Positions 35,636 through 50,364 of a stretch of 64,000 nt of DNA are shown here, piece by piece; the first letter of the stretch is position 1; every line of letters begins with the position of its first letter. The notes below the pieces were generated by a model. That model saw only the letters and a program-made list of their open reading frames with translations. It ran no database searches and was not told the origin of the DNA. The DNA is from Oscarella lobularis (lineage: Eukaryota). The position numbers and the translations under genes were made by a program. The DNA lies in NCBI RefSeq assembly GCF_947507565.1, contig NC_089192.1, forward strand, positions 982,690 through 1,046,689, in the 5' to 3' direction.

Positions 35636-37640
35636 CATGAAAGCGCTCCTCTTTTCATCGTCGCTCGTTCTTTGCCTCGTTCCTTTTGTGCTCCCAATGG
35701 AAAATCGAGGCAAGATCGCCGCTCTTCTGCGCTGGCTACGAAAAGATGGCGGATACATTTCGGATCGCGTCGCGATCGTCAATTTCGCCGACGCGGGCCT
35801 CGGAATCGAAGCAGTAGAACCGATAGAAGTAAAGCGGTCATTGGCCAGTCTCGTCTATGCCACGCCCAAACGAATATTCGACATTTTTTTCTAGCGAGGA
35901 CACGTGGTCGCAAGAATTCCTCTGTCATTGCTAATGAACATCGAGCACGCGGTCGTTTCGCCCGAATTCGGTCCTGTTTTGGACGAATTCGACTATCTTA
36001 GCGATATCAACGCAATGGCCGCCTTTCTCGCTTTCGAAAAATCGAAGAAAAATTCAAAGTGGAAATCCTACATCGATCTTTTACCGGATCGCTTCTCGAC
36101 GACGCTATTCGCTTCGAAACGCGACTTAGAGGCATTGGAAGGCTCTTCAGTACAGCTGACACATTAATTAAAATCAAACTATTGGCGTATTTTTCAGGTG
36201 AAAATTTTTGCTGAACGGCGCAATGAAGCGGTGGAGAAAATGTACGAGAGACTTTCCGCTGATCTGCGTCGAGTTTTTCCGGACATTCGCTTGACGCGGT
36301 ACAGCAATGACATTATTGAATTATTATTCCCATTTTATTTAGTAGTCCGTTTATCGTAGGGAGGCCTTTTTGTGGGGTCTGTCCGTACTTTGGAGTCGAT
36401 CGCACAACGTTCGAGTTTTGGGACCAGATAGCCAATGGCATCAGGGTGAGACTTCTACCAATTAAATAATTCTCGATATGGGGGAATTGTTTCTTAGCTT
36501 CCTGCCTTATCCCTGTTGCCGATTTATTTAACATGGCTCCGAGTGATGAACAAGTGACGATTGAATGCCAAACGAATGCCAAATCGACTCATTTTGAATG
36601 TTTGGCTATGTCAACGGTATCTCGTCACTCACAGGTAGCTACTGTCCTATCATCAAAGCAGGACGTTATTGATTATCTTCTGAAAGTTATTTGTTATGTA
36701 TAGTAGCGTAGCGAGTCGGAGGCACAACAGTCACCTTCTGATGGATTACGGCTTCGTGCTCCAAGACAATCCGTATGACTGTGTCATAGTGGAAACGCCG
36801 AAGCCGCGTGACGATGACACGGAACGAAATCTAAGGCGAGTGCTATATAATATAGGATAATTCGTTATCGTTATCGTGTGATGACAAGGCACCAAATGAT
36901 TGAAAGCGTTTGATTAGTATAGTGGTGCTAGGGGCCAGCTGACGTTTGTATATTTCTCCATGTATTTTTTTGTGTATTTTGTCTGTTCGTTATTGGTGAG
37001 GCGTTTTCTATTCCTAGACTGGAGATTTTGTCGTGGGTTCCCGAACTGCAGATGCCCTACATTCAGCTGCACCGTCTCAATGCCAGTCAACTGCTTCAGT
37101 CTGCGCTGGTGAGACCGTTTAGGAGGACGCATAGTCGAAAGCCTAAAGAGGAATCAATTGCAGATGACTGCCATGAGAATACTTGTCATGCCGAAGAATT
37201 CCCTTCAAGACTTGCACGATATGAGAGGAGAAAAGAAAGGGGAGAACATTAACAAGGTAAATGTATATGCATTGATCCAAGTGTAACGCTTTTAATTAAT
37301 ATTTCTCGTCGTTTTGCAGATTGGCTCTCTGCCTCCTCCAGACGAATTAAAAGCCCTCCAAAGAGCAATGGACTTTGTTGAGAATATTTTGCGCGGATAC
37401 CCGAGCGACGAGGAGGAGGCAAGATGCACTACTACACTATAGTCTAGCGTCACCACTGGTCACTCTTCCTTTCTTTCTGTATAGGAAAATAGTGAGGATG
37501 GCGACGGTGACACGTCGTCAAAGCTGAGAACGTATGCAGTCGTTCTGTTGAGAGACGAGAAGAGGATTCTCAAAGACATCGCCGAGACGTTTGAGCAGCA
37601 AATTAGAAAAGTAACAAGACTTTTATTCGACGATCTGTAA
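35636..37640 (+). CDS. SET-domain lysine methyltransferase of the Rubisco-LSMT-like SETD3/SETD4/SETD6 class, in about 8 exons.
   Basis: N-terminus GKIAALLRWLRKDGGYISDRVAIVNFADAGLGIEAVEPIE. HAVVSPEFGPVLDEFDYLSD ... SKWKSYIDLLPDRFSTTLFASKRDLEALEGSSV. EAFLWGLSVLWSRSHNV. SRRHNSHLLMDYGFVLQDNPYDCVIVE. The last exon reads ...YAVVLLRDEKRILKDIAETFEQQIRKVTRLLFDDL*. Family-level call from motif recollection. Confidence 0.6.
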
Positions 37641-37810
37641 CAGTTTGACAAAAGAAGCACAGCAGCGCAACAACACCACAAACCATCAAGACTGCGCGCA
37701 AGAAACAACTAAAAAATCACGTTTCGCCACGACGTCAAGCATATTTTTCGTATCTGGCGGCACCTAAGAGATTATCGATATGAACCCACCTCTTTTTTTT
37801 GCACCGCCCA

Positions 37811-38277
37811 CTAACCGGAACTGGGAGTTTGAACGACAGTGGTGACGGATTCGCCTCGACGGCAGGCGGCGCAGCAGCCACAGCAGCAGAGAATGCAGAC
37901 GAGAACGATGATGACGACGATAGCAATTCCTACGCCAATGACAGCCCATATCCTGTTTAGAAGGAAGTTCGTTGTCTGGGGGAGGGTGGGGTCCACGCAG
38001 AACGTTACCACGTCGCAAGTCCGCTAACGGCGTGACTTATGTTGTCGCAGAGGTCGTTTACATCTTTCGTGCAGCACGACGAACTGCTCGAATCGCATTT
38101 GCAGCAATATTGGTCGTTGGCATTGTTGCACGCGAGTGGGGGTGACGTCGAACAGGTCTGAATTTCGGCCGTGGCGCCTGCAGAGCATTTCACTTGTTTG
38201 CGCACTCGTATCCACGTTTTGCACCTACCTGTTGCGGCGACAAGGAGGAAGACGAGCGACAACGTGCACGACGCCAT
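37811..38277 (-). CDS. Tiny three-exon gene, copy 1, for a cysteine-rich single-pass membrane protein of about 125 aa. It has a signal peptide, a Cys-rich ectodomain, a TM helix, then CCCGCCAAC and a short tail.
   Basis: Exon 1 MASCTLSLVFLLVAAT(G). A 51-bp GT..AG intron. Exon 2 GATAEIQTCSTSPPLACNNANDQYCCKCDSSSSSCCTKDVNDLCDNISHAVSGLATW. A 52-bp intron. Exon 3 IWAVIGVGIAIVVIIVLVCILCCCGCCAACRRGESVTTVVQTPSSG*. Confidence 0.55.
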
Positions 38278-38426
38278 AGATCAGATCATGTGACTGATTC
38301 GTTCGGAGCAGGTCTTTATACATTGCAATACGGTTCTAGTCTCGCCACGTGACCGTTGGGAAAGGGTCACGTAGCGAAAGGCATTAGACTAATTATTATT
38401 ACCGAGTGGTGTATTAGTGACATGCT

Positions 38427-38660
38427 GTGAACGTATGGGAAGGATCATTCTACCGACATACTGGCTCTCACTTCTATCTGGGTCAGCAGCGTGAAATGAG
38501 AGCTAGATTTGATATTTCCTCATTGGAATGCATCCATGCCTCTCTAGCTTACGCAGTCGTTCTATTAAGAGACGAGAAGAGGATTCTCAAAGACATTGCC
38601 GAGACGTTTGAGCAGCAAATTAGAAAACTAAAAAAACTTTTATTCAACGATTTGAAGACG
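38427..38660 (+). pseudogene. Mosaic pseudo-exon. A truncated copy of a TTC38 internal exon, with its flanking intron (gtgtattagtgacatg), is fused to a copy of the terminal exon of the SETD gene.
   Basis: 38427-38545 encodes NVWEGSFYRHTGSHFYLGQQREMRARFDISSLECIHASL, matching TTC38 exon 39960-40135 ([51 protein letters not shown]) with an internal deletion. 38546-38660 encodes YAVVLLRDEKRILKDIAETFEQQIRKLKKLLFNDL, matching SETD last exon 37530-37640. Confidence 0.7.
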
Positions 38661-38864
38661 GTTTGACAAAGAAGCACAGCAACACAAGACAACGCATCAG
38701 CACAGCAACACAAGACAACGCATCAGCACAGAGACGGTAAGACTGCGCGCAAGGAACAAGTAAGGAGTCACGTTTCGCCACGTCAAGCAAATTGTCCGTA
38801 TCCGCCACCTAAAGGGGATAATAGAGAGTGGACCCGCCTCTTTTTGCACCGCCCACTAACCGGG

Positions 38865-39313
38865 AGATTGAACGACAGTGGTGACGGTTTGGTCTCGACG
38901 GCAGGCGGCGCAGCAGCCGCAGCAGCAGAGAATGCAGGAGAGAACGATGATGACGAAGATAGCGATTCCTACGCCAATGACAGCCCATATCCTGTTTAGT
39001 AAATCAATTAGAGGATGTTTGTTGACTGGAGGGCGGGGTCACGCAGAAGGTTTACCACGTCGCAAGTCCGCTAATGGTGTTGCAGACATCGTTTTCTGCT
39101 TTCGTGCAGCACGACGTGCTAGTCGCACAGCAGCAATATTGGTCTTCGTCACTGTCGCACGGAAACCGAGTGTAGGGGAAAGTCGGATTCGTACAGAAGC
39201 TAATATCGGCCGCGGCGCCTGCACAGAGCATGTTTTGAAATCCACGTTTTTGCACCTACAGTACCTGTTGCGGCGACAAGGAGGAAGACGAGCGAGAACG
39301 TGCACGACGCCAT
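38865..39313 (-). CDS. Copy 2 of the cysteine-rich single-pass membrane protein gene, with the same three-exon structure and a conserved first-intron position.
   Basis: Exon 1 MASCTFSLVFLLVAAT(G). Intron. Exon 2 ...AAADISFCTNPTFPYTRFPCDSDEDQYCCCATSTSCCTKAENDVCNTISGLATW. Intron. Exon 3 IWAVIGVGIAIFVIIVLSCILCCCGCCAACRRDQTVTTVVQSPG*. Confidence 0.5.
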
Positions 39314-39368
39314 CGATCAGATCATGTGACTGACTCCTTTTGGAGCATGCGCGCGGTAAAGAGAAACA

Positions 39369-41508
<2,140 letters not shown>

Positions 41509-41621
41509 AGGATGAAGAAAGAAAAACTTAGATTGCCAAGTTTGTGGTAATGAGTAAACGAAAATTAGCTCACGTGATTGTAAAGGGGATAGCTAGGAGT
41601 CACGAGATACTTGATGCCGTC

Positions 41622-43868
41622 GACGGAGAATAGAGACCAAGTGCTCCGAACGACACTTCGAAACGTTTAATTGACGTAACTTCTCGCTTCTCTAGCCTCT
41701 TTTCAAGTCCAAATTGGGCTTGATATTGACGTGCCTCGGATCCGTGGTTGGCACGGGCAACATATGGCGTTATCCGCGTATCGTCGCTAATAACAGCGGC
41801 AATGAAGGTACTCATCATTAAACTTCTATGTTTCTCCTATTTAGCTTGTTTTCCCCGAGGTGGTCTCGTTTTTCTCATACTGTGGGCCCTTGGCTTGTGG
41901 GTCTGGTCCATACCAATCAAACTGGTCGAATTTGCCATGGGTCGCTATACGAAAAAGAACGTCATAGCGTCGTTCAAGGAACTCGTCGGTCCGTGGGCGC
42001 AGTGGATGGGCGCTTGGGTCATCTGCGTATCCCTACTCATTGGGTATATATACACACCTATTCTCTTCAGAATATTTTACGAGCAGTTATGTAGTGGTTA
42101 CTATTCGGTCGTTCTTGGCTGGTGCTTCTATTACTGCATTCACTCCATGGCCTTTCCGCTGCCGGAGTCGTACGCCGAGTCGGTCGAGCGCTGGGAGGAG
42201 CTCAACGTGCGTAAAGTCATTCTTTCGTCGTCGTAAAAACAGGAAAGATGTTTGAAATGCAGGATACTTATTATCCGTTGCTGTGTCACACGATTGGGGC
42301 GGTGCTCGCTGGCTTTTGCATTGTGCGCGGAGTGAAGACGGTCGAATGGGCGAATAAGATTCTTGTTCCGGTTCTCCTGCTGATTGTCGCTTTTTCGCTC
42401 GCCTGGTCGCTGTCTTTGCCCTACGCTTACGAAGGAATCGTCTATCTCTTTTCACCAGATTGGGGCAATGATATGTGTTATCTCCGATGAATTCACTAGG
42501 TAACATTAACCTATTTTAGATGTATTGAAAACGTCTCAAGTGTGGGTCGACGCCGTGACGCAGAACGCGTGGGACACGGGCACCGCCGGTGGAACGATGG
42601 TCGCCTACGCGACGTACATGAGTCACAAGGATGGAGTCGTCTCTATAGGAACGTTTACTCCGCTCGCCAATAATTTTGTCAGGTAGAAATCTTAATTAAG
42701 TAAAACGTATTTGCGATGTATTGATCCAGTTTTTGTTGCGGTATCATGATATTTTGCAACGTCTTCTCAGCTCTCGAATTGGAAGGTCGATCCCGACAGT
42801 ACATCGTCAATGTGCTAAAGGACAACGGGCCGGCTAACACGGGACTCACTTTTATCTGGTAGAAACATTTGGAGATGCGACGATTTGCTATCATTGTATT
42901 TTTTGCAGGATGCCACTGCTTTATAAAGACATCACTTTCGGTCGAGGACTTGCCACTCTTTTCTTCTTATCGCTCTCATTCGCTGGATTCAGTTCTCTCA
43001 TAGGAATTTTCGAGTTGCAGGCCGTCACCTTGGAAAACATGGGCCGTATGCGCAGACAGCTATAGATTAGAGGTCGCTTGTATATGCCTTATTTTAGTGC
43101 GTCGAATTCCCGCTGCCATTATTGTCACAATTGTTATTTTTCTGCTCGGATTGCCTTCGTCGCTCAATCTCAATATTCTTGCTAATCAGGTACAAAATAG
43201 TATTAGATTAATAAAAGACTCTCCTATAATTTGATATGTGTCTCTCTGTAGGATGCCTCTTGGGGCTTTGGTCTCATTCCCAGTGGCCTTCTCTTCTGCA
43301 CTCTCGTTATGTATTACGGCCCTAACCGTTTTCGCAGAGTTCTCGTCAACGAAGTAAAATCCAAATTGTTTATGAATGCTTCCAATGAAAAATTTTAGTT
43401 CGGAACGGACGATTTCAAACTACGGAAAATTTGGAATTACTTTATTGCGTAAGAGTAGAAAGATCAAACGGACAAGCTACTGTAGACGCCGCGACTATTA
43501 CAGATTCATTTCTCCTCTAATCGGAGTGGCTATTGTTATCTGGTGGATAGCCAACAACATAAGCGACGACTCCCGTTGGTATCAGTTGGAAGAGACCAGT
43601 CTCCTACTGACCCTCATACAGGTACTGTTCAGAGTAAAAGAGGACTTCTTTTTTGCTATACTTCTTTCGTAGTGGATTATTCTTCTAATTTTGGTGCTCA
43701 ACATAAATCACATTTACCAACGTTTCTTTGGCAAATCGAACTTGAGAGCGGATGAGGACACCATTCAAGATGGAAGCATCGAAGTCGGTCAACCGAAAAG
43801 CAGCCAAAAGGAGGAATATCTCGCAACGACGAGACTGCTACCCAAAAAAGAAGAAACGTCGGAACTTT
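41622..43868 (+). CDS. SLC6-family (Na+-coupled neurotransmitter/amino-acid transporter-like) gene, paralog 1, in about 11 exons.
   Basis: MPSTENRDQ|PLFKSKLGLILTCLGSVVGTGNIWRYPRIVANNSGNEG. GGLVFLILWALGLWVWSIPIKLVEFAMGRYTKKNVIASFKELVGPWAQWMGAWVICVSLLIGYIY. GYYSVVLGWCFYYCIHSMAFPLPESY. GVKTVEWANKILVPVLLLIVAFSLAWSLSLPYAYEGIVYLFSPDWG. VWVDAVTQNAWDTGTAGGTMVAYATYMSHKDGVVSIGTFTPLANNFV. Confidence 0.8.
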
Positions 43869-43967
43869 GAAGAAGACAGAGAAAAAAAATTTGCAAGAGC
43901 TCGCGTGCACGACTACTAACACGATTATTTTTCTGTCACGTGTATGTAACGGCAAATACCATCTCAC

Positions 43968-46289
43968 CATGGCCGACGACGAAATCGCCGACACGGTGAG
44001 TCTTCGCGCGAATCGAATGCATCGAAAGCGAAAGCAAGTCGCTTCTCGTCGACTCAGCCTCTTTTCAAATCGAAACTCGGGCTCGTCTTGGCCTGCATGG
44101 GATCCGTTGTGGGCACGGGCAACATCTGGCGCTATCCGCGAATCGTAGCGAACAACAGCGGCGACGAAGGTGAGCTCGTCGTTCGTTAGAGTCCCACCTC
44201 GGTGCACGCGCACGTCTCTAAGGCGGACTCGTCTTTCTCATTCTCTGGGCCATCGGATTGTGGGTGTGGTCGATACCGATTATTCTGATCGAGTACGCCG
44301 TCGGACGATACACGCGCAAGACGGTCATCACGTCGTTCAAGGCGCTGATGGGACCCTGGTGTCAGTGGATGGGAGGATGGATTACCTGTGTCATGCTTCT
44401 CATTGGGTATAGATAGAGACAGGCATACCCTTAGTCAATCTCTTGTATATGTGCATGCAATCAGGGGCTACTATTCTGTCGTTCTCGGCTGGTGCTTTTA
44501 CTTCTTCTATTATTCGATTGCCCATCCACTGCCGGAGAATTACGAGGATTCGTATGCGCGTTGGGACAAATTGCACGTATGGATATACGCTAATGATGAG
44601 CTCAGCGTTATTGTGTTTCTAGGACACCAACTATCCGCTTCTCTGTCATTTCATTGCTTGTTTTCTCGGTTTCCTGTGCATCGTACGCGGCGTCAAGACC
44701 GTCGAATTGGCCAACAAAATCATCGTTCCCATTCTACTGCTTCTCGTCATGTTCTCGCTCGCCTGGTCGTTGAGCCTACCCTACGCCTACGAAGCGATCA
44801 CCTATCTGTTCTCGCCGGATTGGGGTAAAAAAATCCCTTGGGGGAACCGAAGAACGTTGCCTTATTCCATCCATACATAGACGTTCTCAAGACATCTCAG
44901 GTGTGGGTCGACGCCGTGACGCAGAACGCTTGGGACACGGGCGCCGCCGGCGGCCTCTTCCTGACCTACGCCACTTACATGCGACGTCACGACGGAGTCG
45001 TCAGCATGGGAACGCTCACTCCCCTCGCAAACAACTTTGTCAGGTATTAAAACGAAATTCTTTCTCTCTGTGAACGTTATGTTTGAATGTTGATTTGAAG
45101 TTTATGTTGTGGAATTACCATTTTCTGCAACGTCTTCTCCGTTCTCGAGATGGAAGGTCGCGATCGAGATTACGTCGTGTCGATTTTGAAGGACAACGGC
45201 CCGGCAAACACAGGACTCACTTTTATATGGTACACTATATGCAGTATATATTCGTGTGAATTAGATAGAATTCTCTTTTCTCTTAATTAAGGATGCCCCT
45301 GCTGTATCAGAGCATCAGCGTTGGCCGATTTTTAGCCGTGCTCTTTTTTCTCTCGCTCTCGTTTGCTGGCCTCAGTTCGCTTATTGCGATGTACGAATTC
45401 ATGGCTTGCACGCTGGAAAACATGGGACGTAAGTCGTCGTCGTCGTCGGAAACGATGCTTGTTTTGACAATCGAAATGGAGGAGATTTTCTTTTTAGTTC
45501 CTCGTTTGCTTTCTGCCTTTGTCGTCTTCATTGCTCTCTTTCTCATTGGCCTGCCTTCGTCTCTGAATTTGGACATTCTCGTCAACCAAGTATAAGGGAT
45601 TCTGAAGAAAAGCGTTTTGGGCTTATTGTCTTATTTAGGATTCCGTGTGGGGATTTGCTTTGATTGTGAGCGGGCTCATGCTGATCACCCTCGTCTTGTA
45701 CTACGGAGCAGACAAATTTCGTACAGTTCTCGTGAATGACGTAAGCACTGAAAACGAAGCGAATAGTCTGCATAATTAGAATTCTCATAGTATGGCCTCT
45801 CGGATTGGAAATTACGAAAAATTTGGTCAATAGTCATATGGTATCTCTTGCAAACGACGTCACTGTGAACGCAGCCAGCTCAAAATTATCTGCATTTAGG
45901 TTTGTTTCACCTATCGTGGGTGCAGCCCTCATTATTTGGTGGATCGTGAGCACCGTCAAGGACGATCCGCGCTGGTACTATCTCGAAAACGAGAGCCTCA
46001 TTTTCACCCTTTACGAGGTGCATACGTCCACGGACGACGTCCAATAAATTTTCAATTTTTTTCTCTTTTATAGTGGGCTGCCTTGCTTATCGTCGTGCTG
46101 GCCGCCAATACGATCTATCAGGTATTCATCGCAAAGCCAAAAGTCACTCTCGACACAATTCAAGACGGAAGCGTCGAAGTGGGCAAATCGAGCAAAACGA
46201 AAACGGCGACCGACGAGGAGTATCTAGTCACGCGTAAGCTCGTCGCGGAATCGAACTCGTCGGCGAACGAAGAGACGTCGTCATTGTGA
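43968..46289 (+). CDS. SLC6-family transporter, paralog 2, a tandem duplicate of the previous gene. It shares about 70-80% aa identity in aligned blocks and the same exon layout.
   Basis: MADDEIADT|SLFKSKLGLVLACMGSVVGTGNIWRYPRIVANNSGDEG. GLVFLILWAIGLWVWSIPIILIEYAVGRYTRKTVITSFKALMGPWCQWMGGWITCVMLLIGY. GYYSVVLGWCFYFFYYSIAHPLPENY. GVKTVELANKIIVPILLLLVMFSLAWSLSLPYAYEAITYLFSPDWG. VWVDAVTQNAWDTGAAGGLFLTYATYMRRHDGVVSMGTLTPLANNFV. Confidence 0.8.
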
Positions 46290-46550
46290 AGGGGAGAGAT
46301 AAAAGACAGAAAAAAAATGTACCCAGTGTCTGTGCGTGCGCGTGCCTATTTTTTATTAGCTATTTTTTCATCTCGATTTGCCGGCTGTAGGCGTGAAATT
46401 CAAAAACATGACGTTCTTCATGAGGGCTCCGTGTGGCGTGGGCGCGTTGGCATCGGCGACGCACGTGGCCCAGTCACAAGACTCCCTATCTCGTGATCTC
46501 GTGACTACAGACACCTCGTGATTGTGGTGCTATCACATACACAAACAACG

Positions 46551-47929
46551 ATGACTACGTCTCTCCTGCTCGCCGTCGTCCTCGTCGCCTCCTGCGCGGC
46601 CCACGATCGTCTCGCCGACATCGCAAACAAAATCAACAGCGATCCGGAGTCGACGTGGAAGGCGTCGGCCGATCGTTACCTTCGCGTGCCCGAAAACGTT
46701 CTCAAGACGATGATGGGCGTTCGCATGGACGCGTTCGGCGACTCGCTTCGTCGCGAGTTCCCCAACGTCACCAACGTCCGCAGCGACATCCCGGCCGAGT
46801 TCGACGCGCGCAAACAGTGGCCCAACTGCCCTAGCATAGCCGACATTCGAGATCAGAGCGCCTGCGGAAGCTGCTGGGTGCGTAATTAAAAATTCAGTCA
46901 AAAAAGCCGAATAGCGAGAGTTCCCGTCGATTAGTATTGAGTTTGTATTTATTTATCTTGTTATATCGGTAACCAATGAGCTTGTCCTACATGTACTAAT
47001 CGAATTAGACATTAATTATGTACCTGTACATGTACCTTTCATGCTTTTTTTCTTGCAGGCGGTTGCTGCTGCTGAAGTGATGAGCGATCGCTATTGCGTC
47101 CAGTTCGGCATCAATGTCAACATTTCGGCGAACGATTTGACGGCCTGCTGTCATCTCTGTGGCAACGGGTGGGAGGGAGAAATACAAACGGTACCTCGAT
47201 GTAAATCTTATACTGTACTCATAGATGCGGGGGTGGGTATCCGCTCATGGCCTTCCGCTATTGGGAGACGTCGGGCATCGTGACCGGCGGTCAATACGGA
47301 AGCAAGTCGGGCTGCCAGCCGTACACTCTTGCGCAGTGCGAGCACCACATTCCCGCCGGCCACTATCCCGTCTGCCCCAAGGAGGAGGACCACACGCCGA
47401 AATGCACGAAGGAGTGCCAGGAAGGATACTCGGTTTCGTACGAGGCCGATAAGAGAAATCATCGCGGCGAGAGCGCCTACAACGTGCGCGGCAGCGTGGA
47501 AGGCATTCAGACGGAGATCATGACCAATGGACCCGTCGAGGCCGCCTTTACCGTCTACGAAGATTTTCTTACCTATAAGACCGGTAAGTCAACGCATGTT
47601 CTATATGGATTTATATACTATTGTCTTTTGCCCCTGTAAGGTGTTTATGAACATAAGACTGGAAAAATGTTGGGCGGTCACGCCGTTCGCGCTTTGGGAT
47701 GGGGAGAAGAGGACGGCGTTCCTTACTGGTCAGCCGTTAGTCGACGAATTAAAAATTTTAGATCCGCTTCTTGACTCTATCCTGTGTCTTTTTTATTAGG
47801 ATCATTGCCAATTCGTGGAATTCTGACTGGGGTGACAACGGCTATTTCAAAATGATCCGCGGTAAGGACAACTGCGGCATCGAAGGCGGAATGGTTGCTG
47901 GAAAGGCCAAGAAGCCCGAAAGCTATTAA
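46551..47929 (+). CDS. CTSB: Cathepsin B (papain-family cysteine protease) with a signal peptide and propeptide, in about 5 exons.
   Basis: [49 protein letters not shown] (the Cys25-equivalent). The occluding-loop region [121 protein letters not shown]. Confidence 0.9.
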
Positions 47930-48135
47930 GAGAACGACTTCTCCCTATTTGCCTGAGACATTGGTATTTGTATTTGTATTAGTATTTGTATTTGTGCTGC
48001 TAAATCAGATCACCAGTTGATTTGATTTCAGTTTCGTTGTCCTCTGTTACTGTGCTCACCAATGAATCTTTTTTTGGACGCGCGGGGGGAGTTCCTGTGG
48101 GGAGGACCACGTGCCGACATACGGGCTCGCGAAAA

Positions 48136-48646
48136 ATGGAGGACGAAAGCGAGAGTCCGCGCATGTTGCGACGTCGATCGCATCGTCCGCGCGGCCTCGT
48201 CGACCTGCAGTACGATCGTCGCAGGCGTCCGAAGCCGCGACGCGACGATCGCGCCTTCGCCGACGCCTCGTCGTGCGACGACGGCGAAGAATCGGACGAT
48301 TCGTCCGGATCCGGCGTCTTCGAGACGTGGTATCATCAGCACGAGGTCTTCGACAAGAAAGTCGACAACATCACCGTCGATTTCTTCTACAAACCGCGAA
48401 CGCTCACCCTTCTAGTAGTTCTTCTTGTCACCATGTTTATTTTCTCGTTTTGGAGGTGCTATCTAATTGTAGGTGCGAAGTCGCGTTAATTAATTGAATT
48501 TGTTTCTTTAGGGACGACAGCGGCACTGATAACAACGTCAAAATGGGCTTTCTGTTTGTCGTCATTGTATTCGAAGTTATTAGCATATTGGCTTTTCCCA
48601 ATGGGCCCTTCATTCGTCCGCATCCTGCTCTATGGAGAATGGCATT

Positions 48647-48677
<31 letters not shown>

Positions 48678-50243
48678 CCGTCCCCTTGAGTGCATATACT
48701 GTACACAGAATGTATATTTATTAATCATAAGAACCTTCTATAGTATTGAATCTGATACTACTAGACGGGTTTCCTATTGGTGGTTTTTTTCTCCTCTAGG
48801 CTTAAGTGTTGTGTACATGCTTGTGCTGATATTCGCTCTATTTCAAAAGTATCAAGACATTGTAGCCGCATTGCGATGGTTGGATCCCTCTCTCATTGGA
48901 GAGGGTCCCGATCTTACAGTATGCAGAACGTGACGATCGCTAATGGAATTATAGGCAACGCTTCTCTTTTTAGGACTACGCTTCTGATTGTTCGTTCACG
49001 TTCGCCAACGTTTGGACTCGCATCGATATCTTCATTTTCGGCCATCTGTTTGGGTGGATATTGAAAGCCATGGTCATACGCGACGTCATCCTGTGCTGGG
49101 TCAATAGCATCATGTGGGAAGTCACTGAGGCGAGCGGATCCACCGCGTCAGTTTGAGTTCACACTACGCGTTTTTTTTCTTCTCTCCCTAAAGGTTGCCT
49201 TTGCGCATTTGCTGGTCAATTTCAATGAATGCTGGTGGGACATCTGGATTCTTGACATTTTCATTTGCAATGGACTTGGAATTGCCATTGGGCTGTACAT
49301 CTGCAAGAAGTTGGAAGTCAGAGAGTATAACTGGGCGAGTTTCAAGTAAAAAAAGTCTGCGTTTGCACACCTCTACCCCTCTTGCTCACAAGCGACTTTA
49401 CGTATAGAGAATTGCGTCGACCTCAGGACAAAATAAAGAGAGCAGTTCTTCAGTTCACTCCTGAAAGGTAATACTATCAATAAAATGTTACATATAAGTA
49501 CGTCAGATCCCATGACAATGTTTAGTAGTATAAGATGACTTTATGAATACGGACACTAGTGACCGTTTTTTTCTTCCTTATCTAGTTGGACTCACGTGCG
49601 TTGGCTCGATCCGTCTTCGACGTACATGCGCTACATTGCTATTTCTATTTTTCTCATATTCTGGCAGGTACAGTAGGCGAAATAGATCTCGTAATTTTAT
49701 AAGTCTGCATCGTCTTTCGTAGATTAGCGAACTCAATTCGTTCTTTCTCAAGCACATCTTCCTCATTCCCACGTCTAATCTTCTCAACGTTTATCGTCTT
49801 CTAATCATCGGCATGATGGCTGCTCCTACGATTCGGTAGCATTGATTTCATTCGTTAGAACAAAGGTTGACTCCCTTTCTTCTAGACAATACTACGTCTA
49901 CTGCACCGATAAAACGTGCAAGAGAATGGGGACGCAAGCCTGGGTTTTTATGTAATATTTCCGAATAGCGGTTATGCCAGTGTCATCTCTTCTTTTTTGA
50001 TTTTTATTTGAGAGTGGCATAACCGTGGTCTGTCTGTTAATCGTTTATTGATTTATTATTTTTCCTATCAGAGCGGCGACGGGGTTAGAGTCTTTGCTTT
50101 GCATCAAGTGCGGCATGGAGCTCTTCTCTCAGACCCTTTTCGACAACATCATCTTCTGGGTCATCTTTCAGCTGCTCACCTGTCTCGTTGTGTTTTTCGC
50201 GCTCGTTTACGTCTCCCAACGACGCAAAAAGCGCAAAAAGTGA
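48136..50243 (+). CDS. PTDSS1: Phosphatidylserine synthase (PTDSS1/2 family) with an acidic/basic N-terminal extension, in about 10 exons.
   Basis: [160 protein letters not shown]. The C-terminus reads ...[17 protein letters not shown]. Confidence 0.8.
48655..48682. repeat. (GA)n microsatellite in a PTDSS intron.
   Basis: gagagagagagagagagagagagag. Confidence 0.9.
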
Positions 50244-50364
50244 GCGTGGACGCATTGATATGCGTGTTTTTGATTATATATTTTCCTAGTCACGTGCCGT
50301 CCTCTACCAGTTAAAAAAGGGGAAAAAAACGGAGGGAAGATAACTGCGGTTTTTCTTCTTTATT

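Noticed and set aside
38878-39333. A 151-aa plus-strand ORF (MVTVWSRRQAAQQPQQQRM...).
   Set aside because: It is antisense to the conserved exon 3 of the small membrane-protein gene, and Gln/Arg-rich low complexity arises from reading CAGCAGCAG in reverse.
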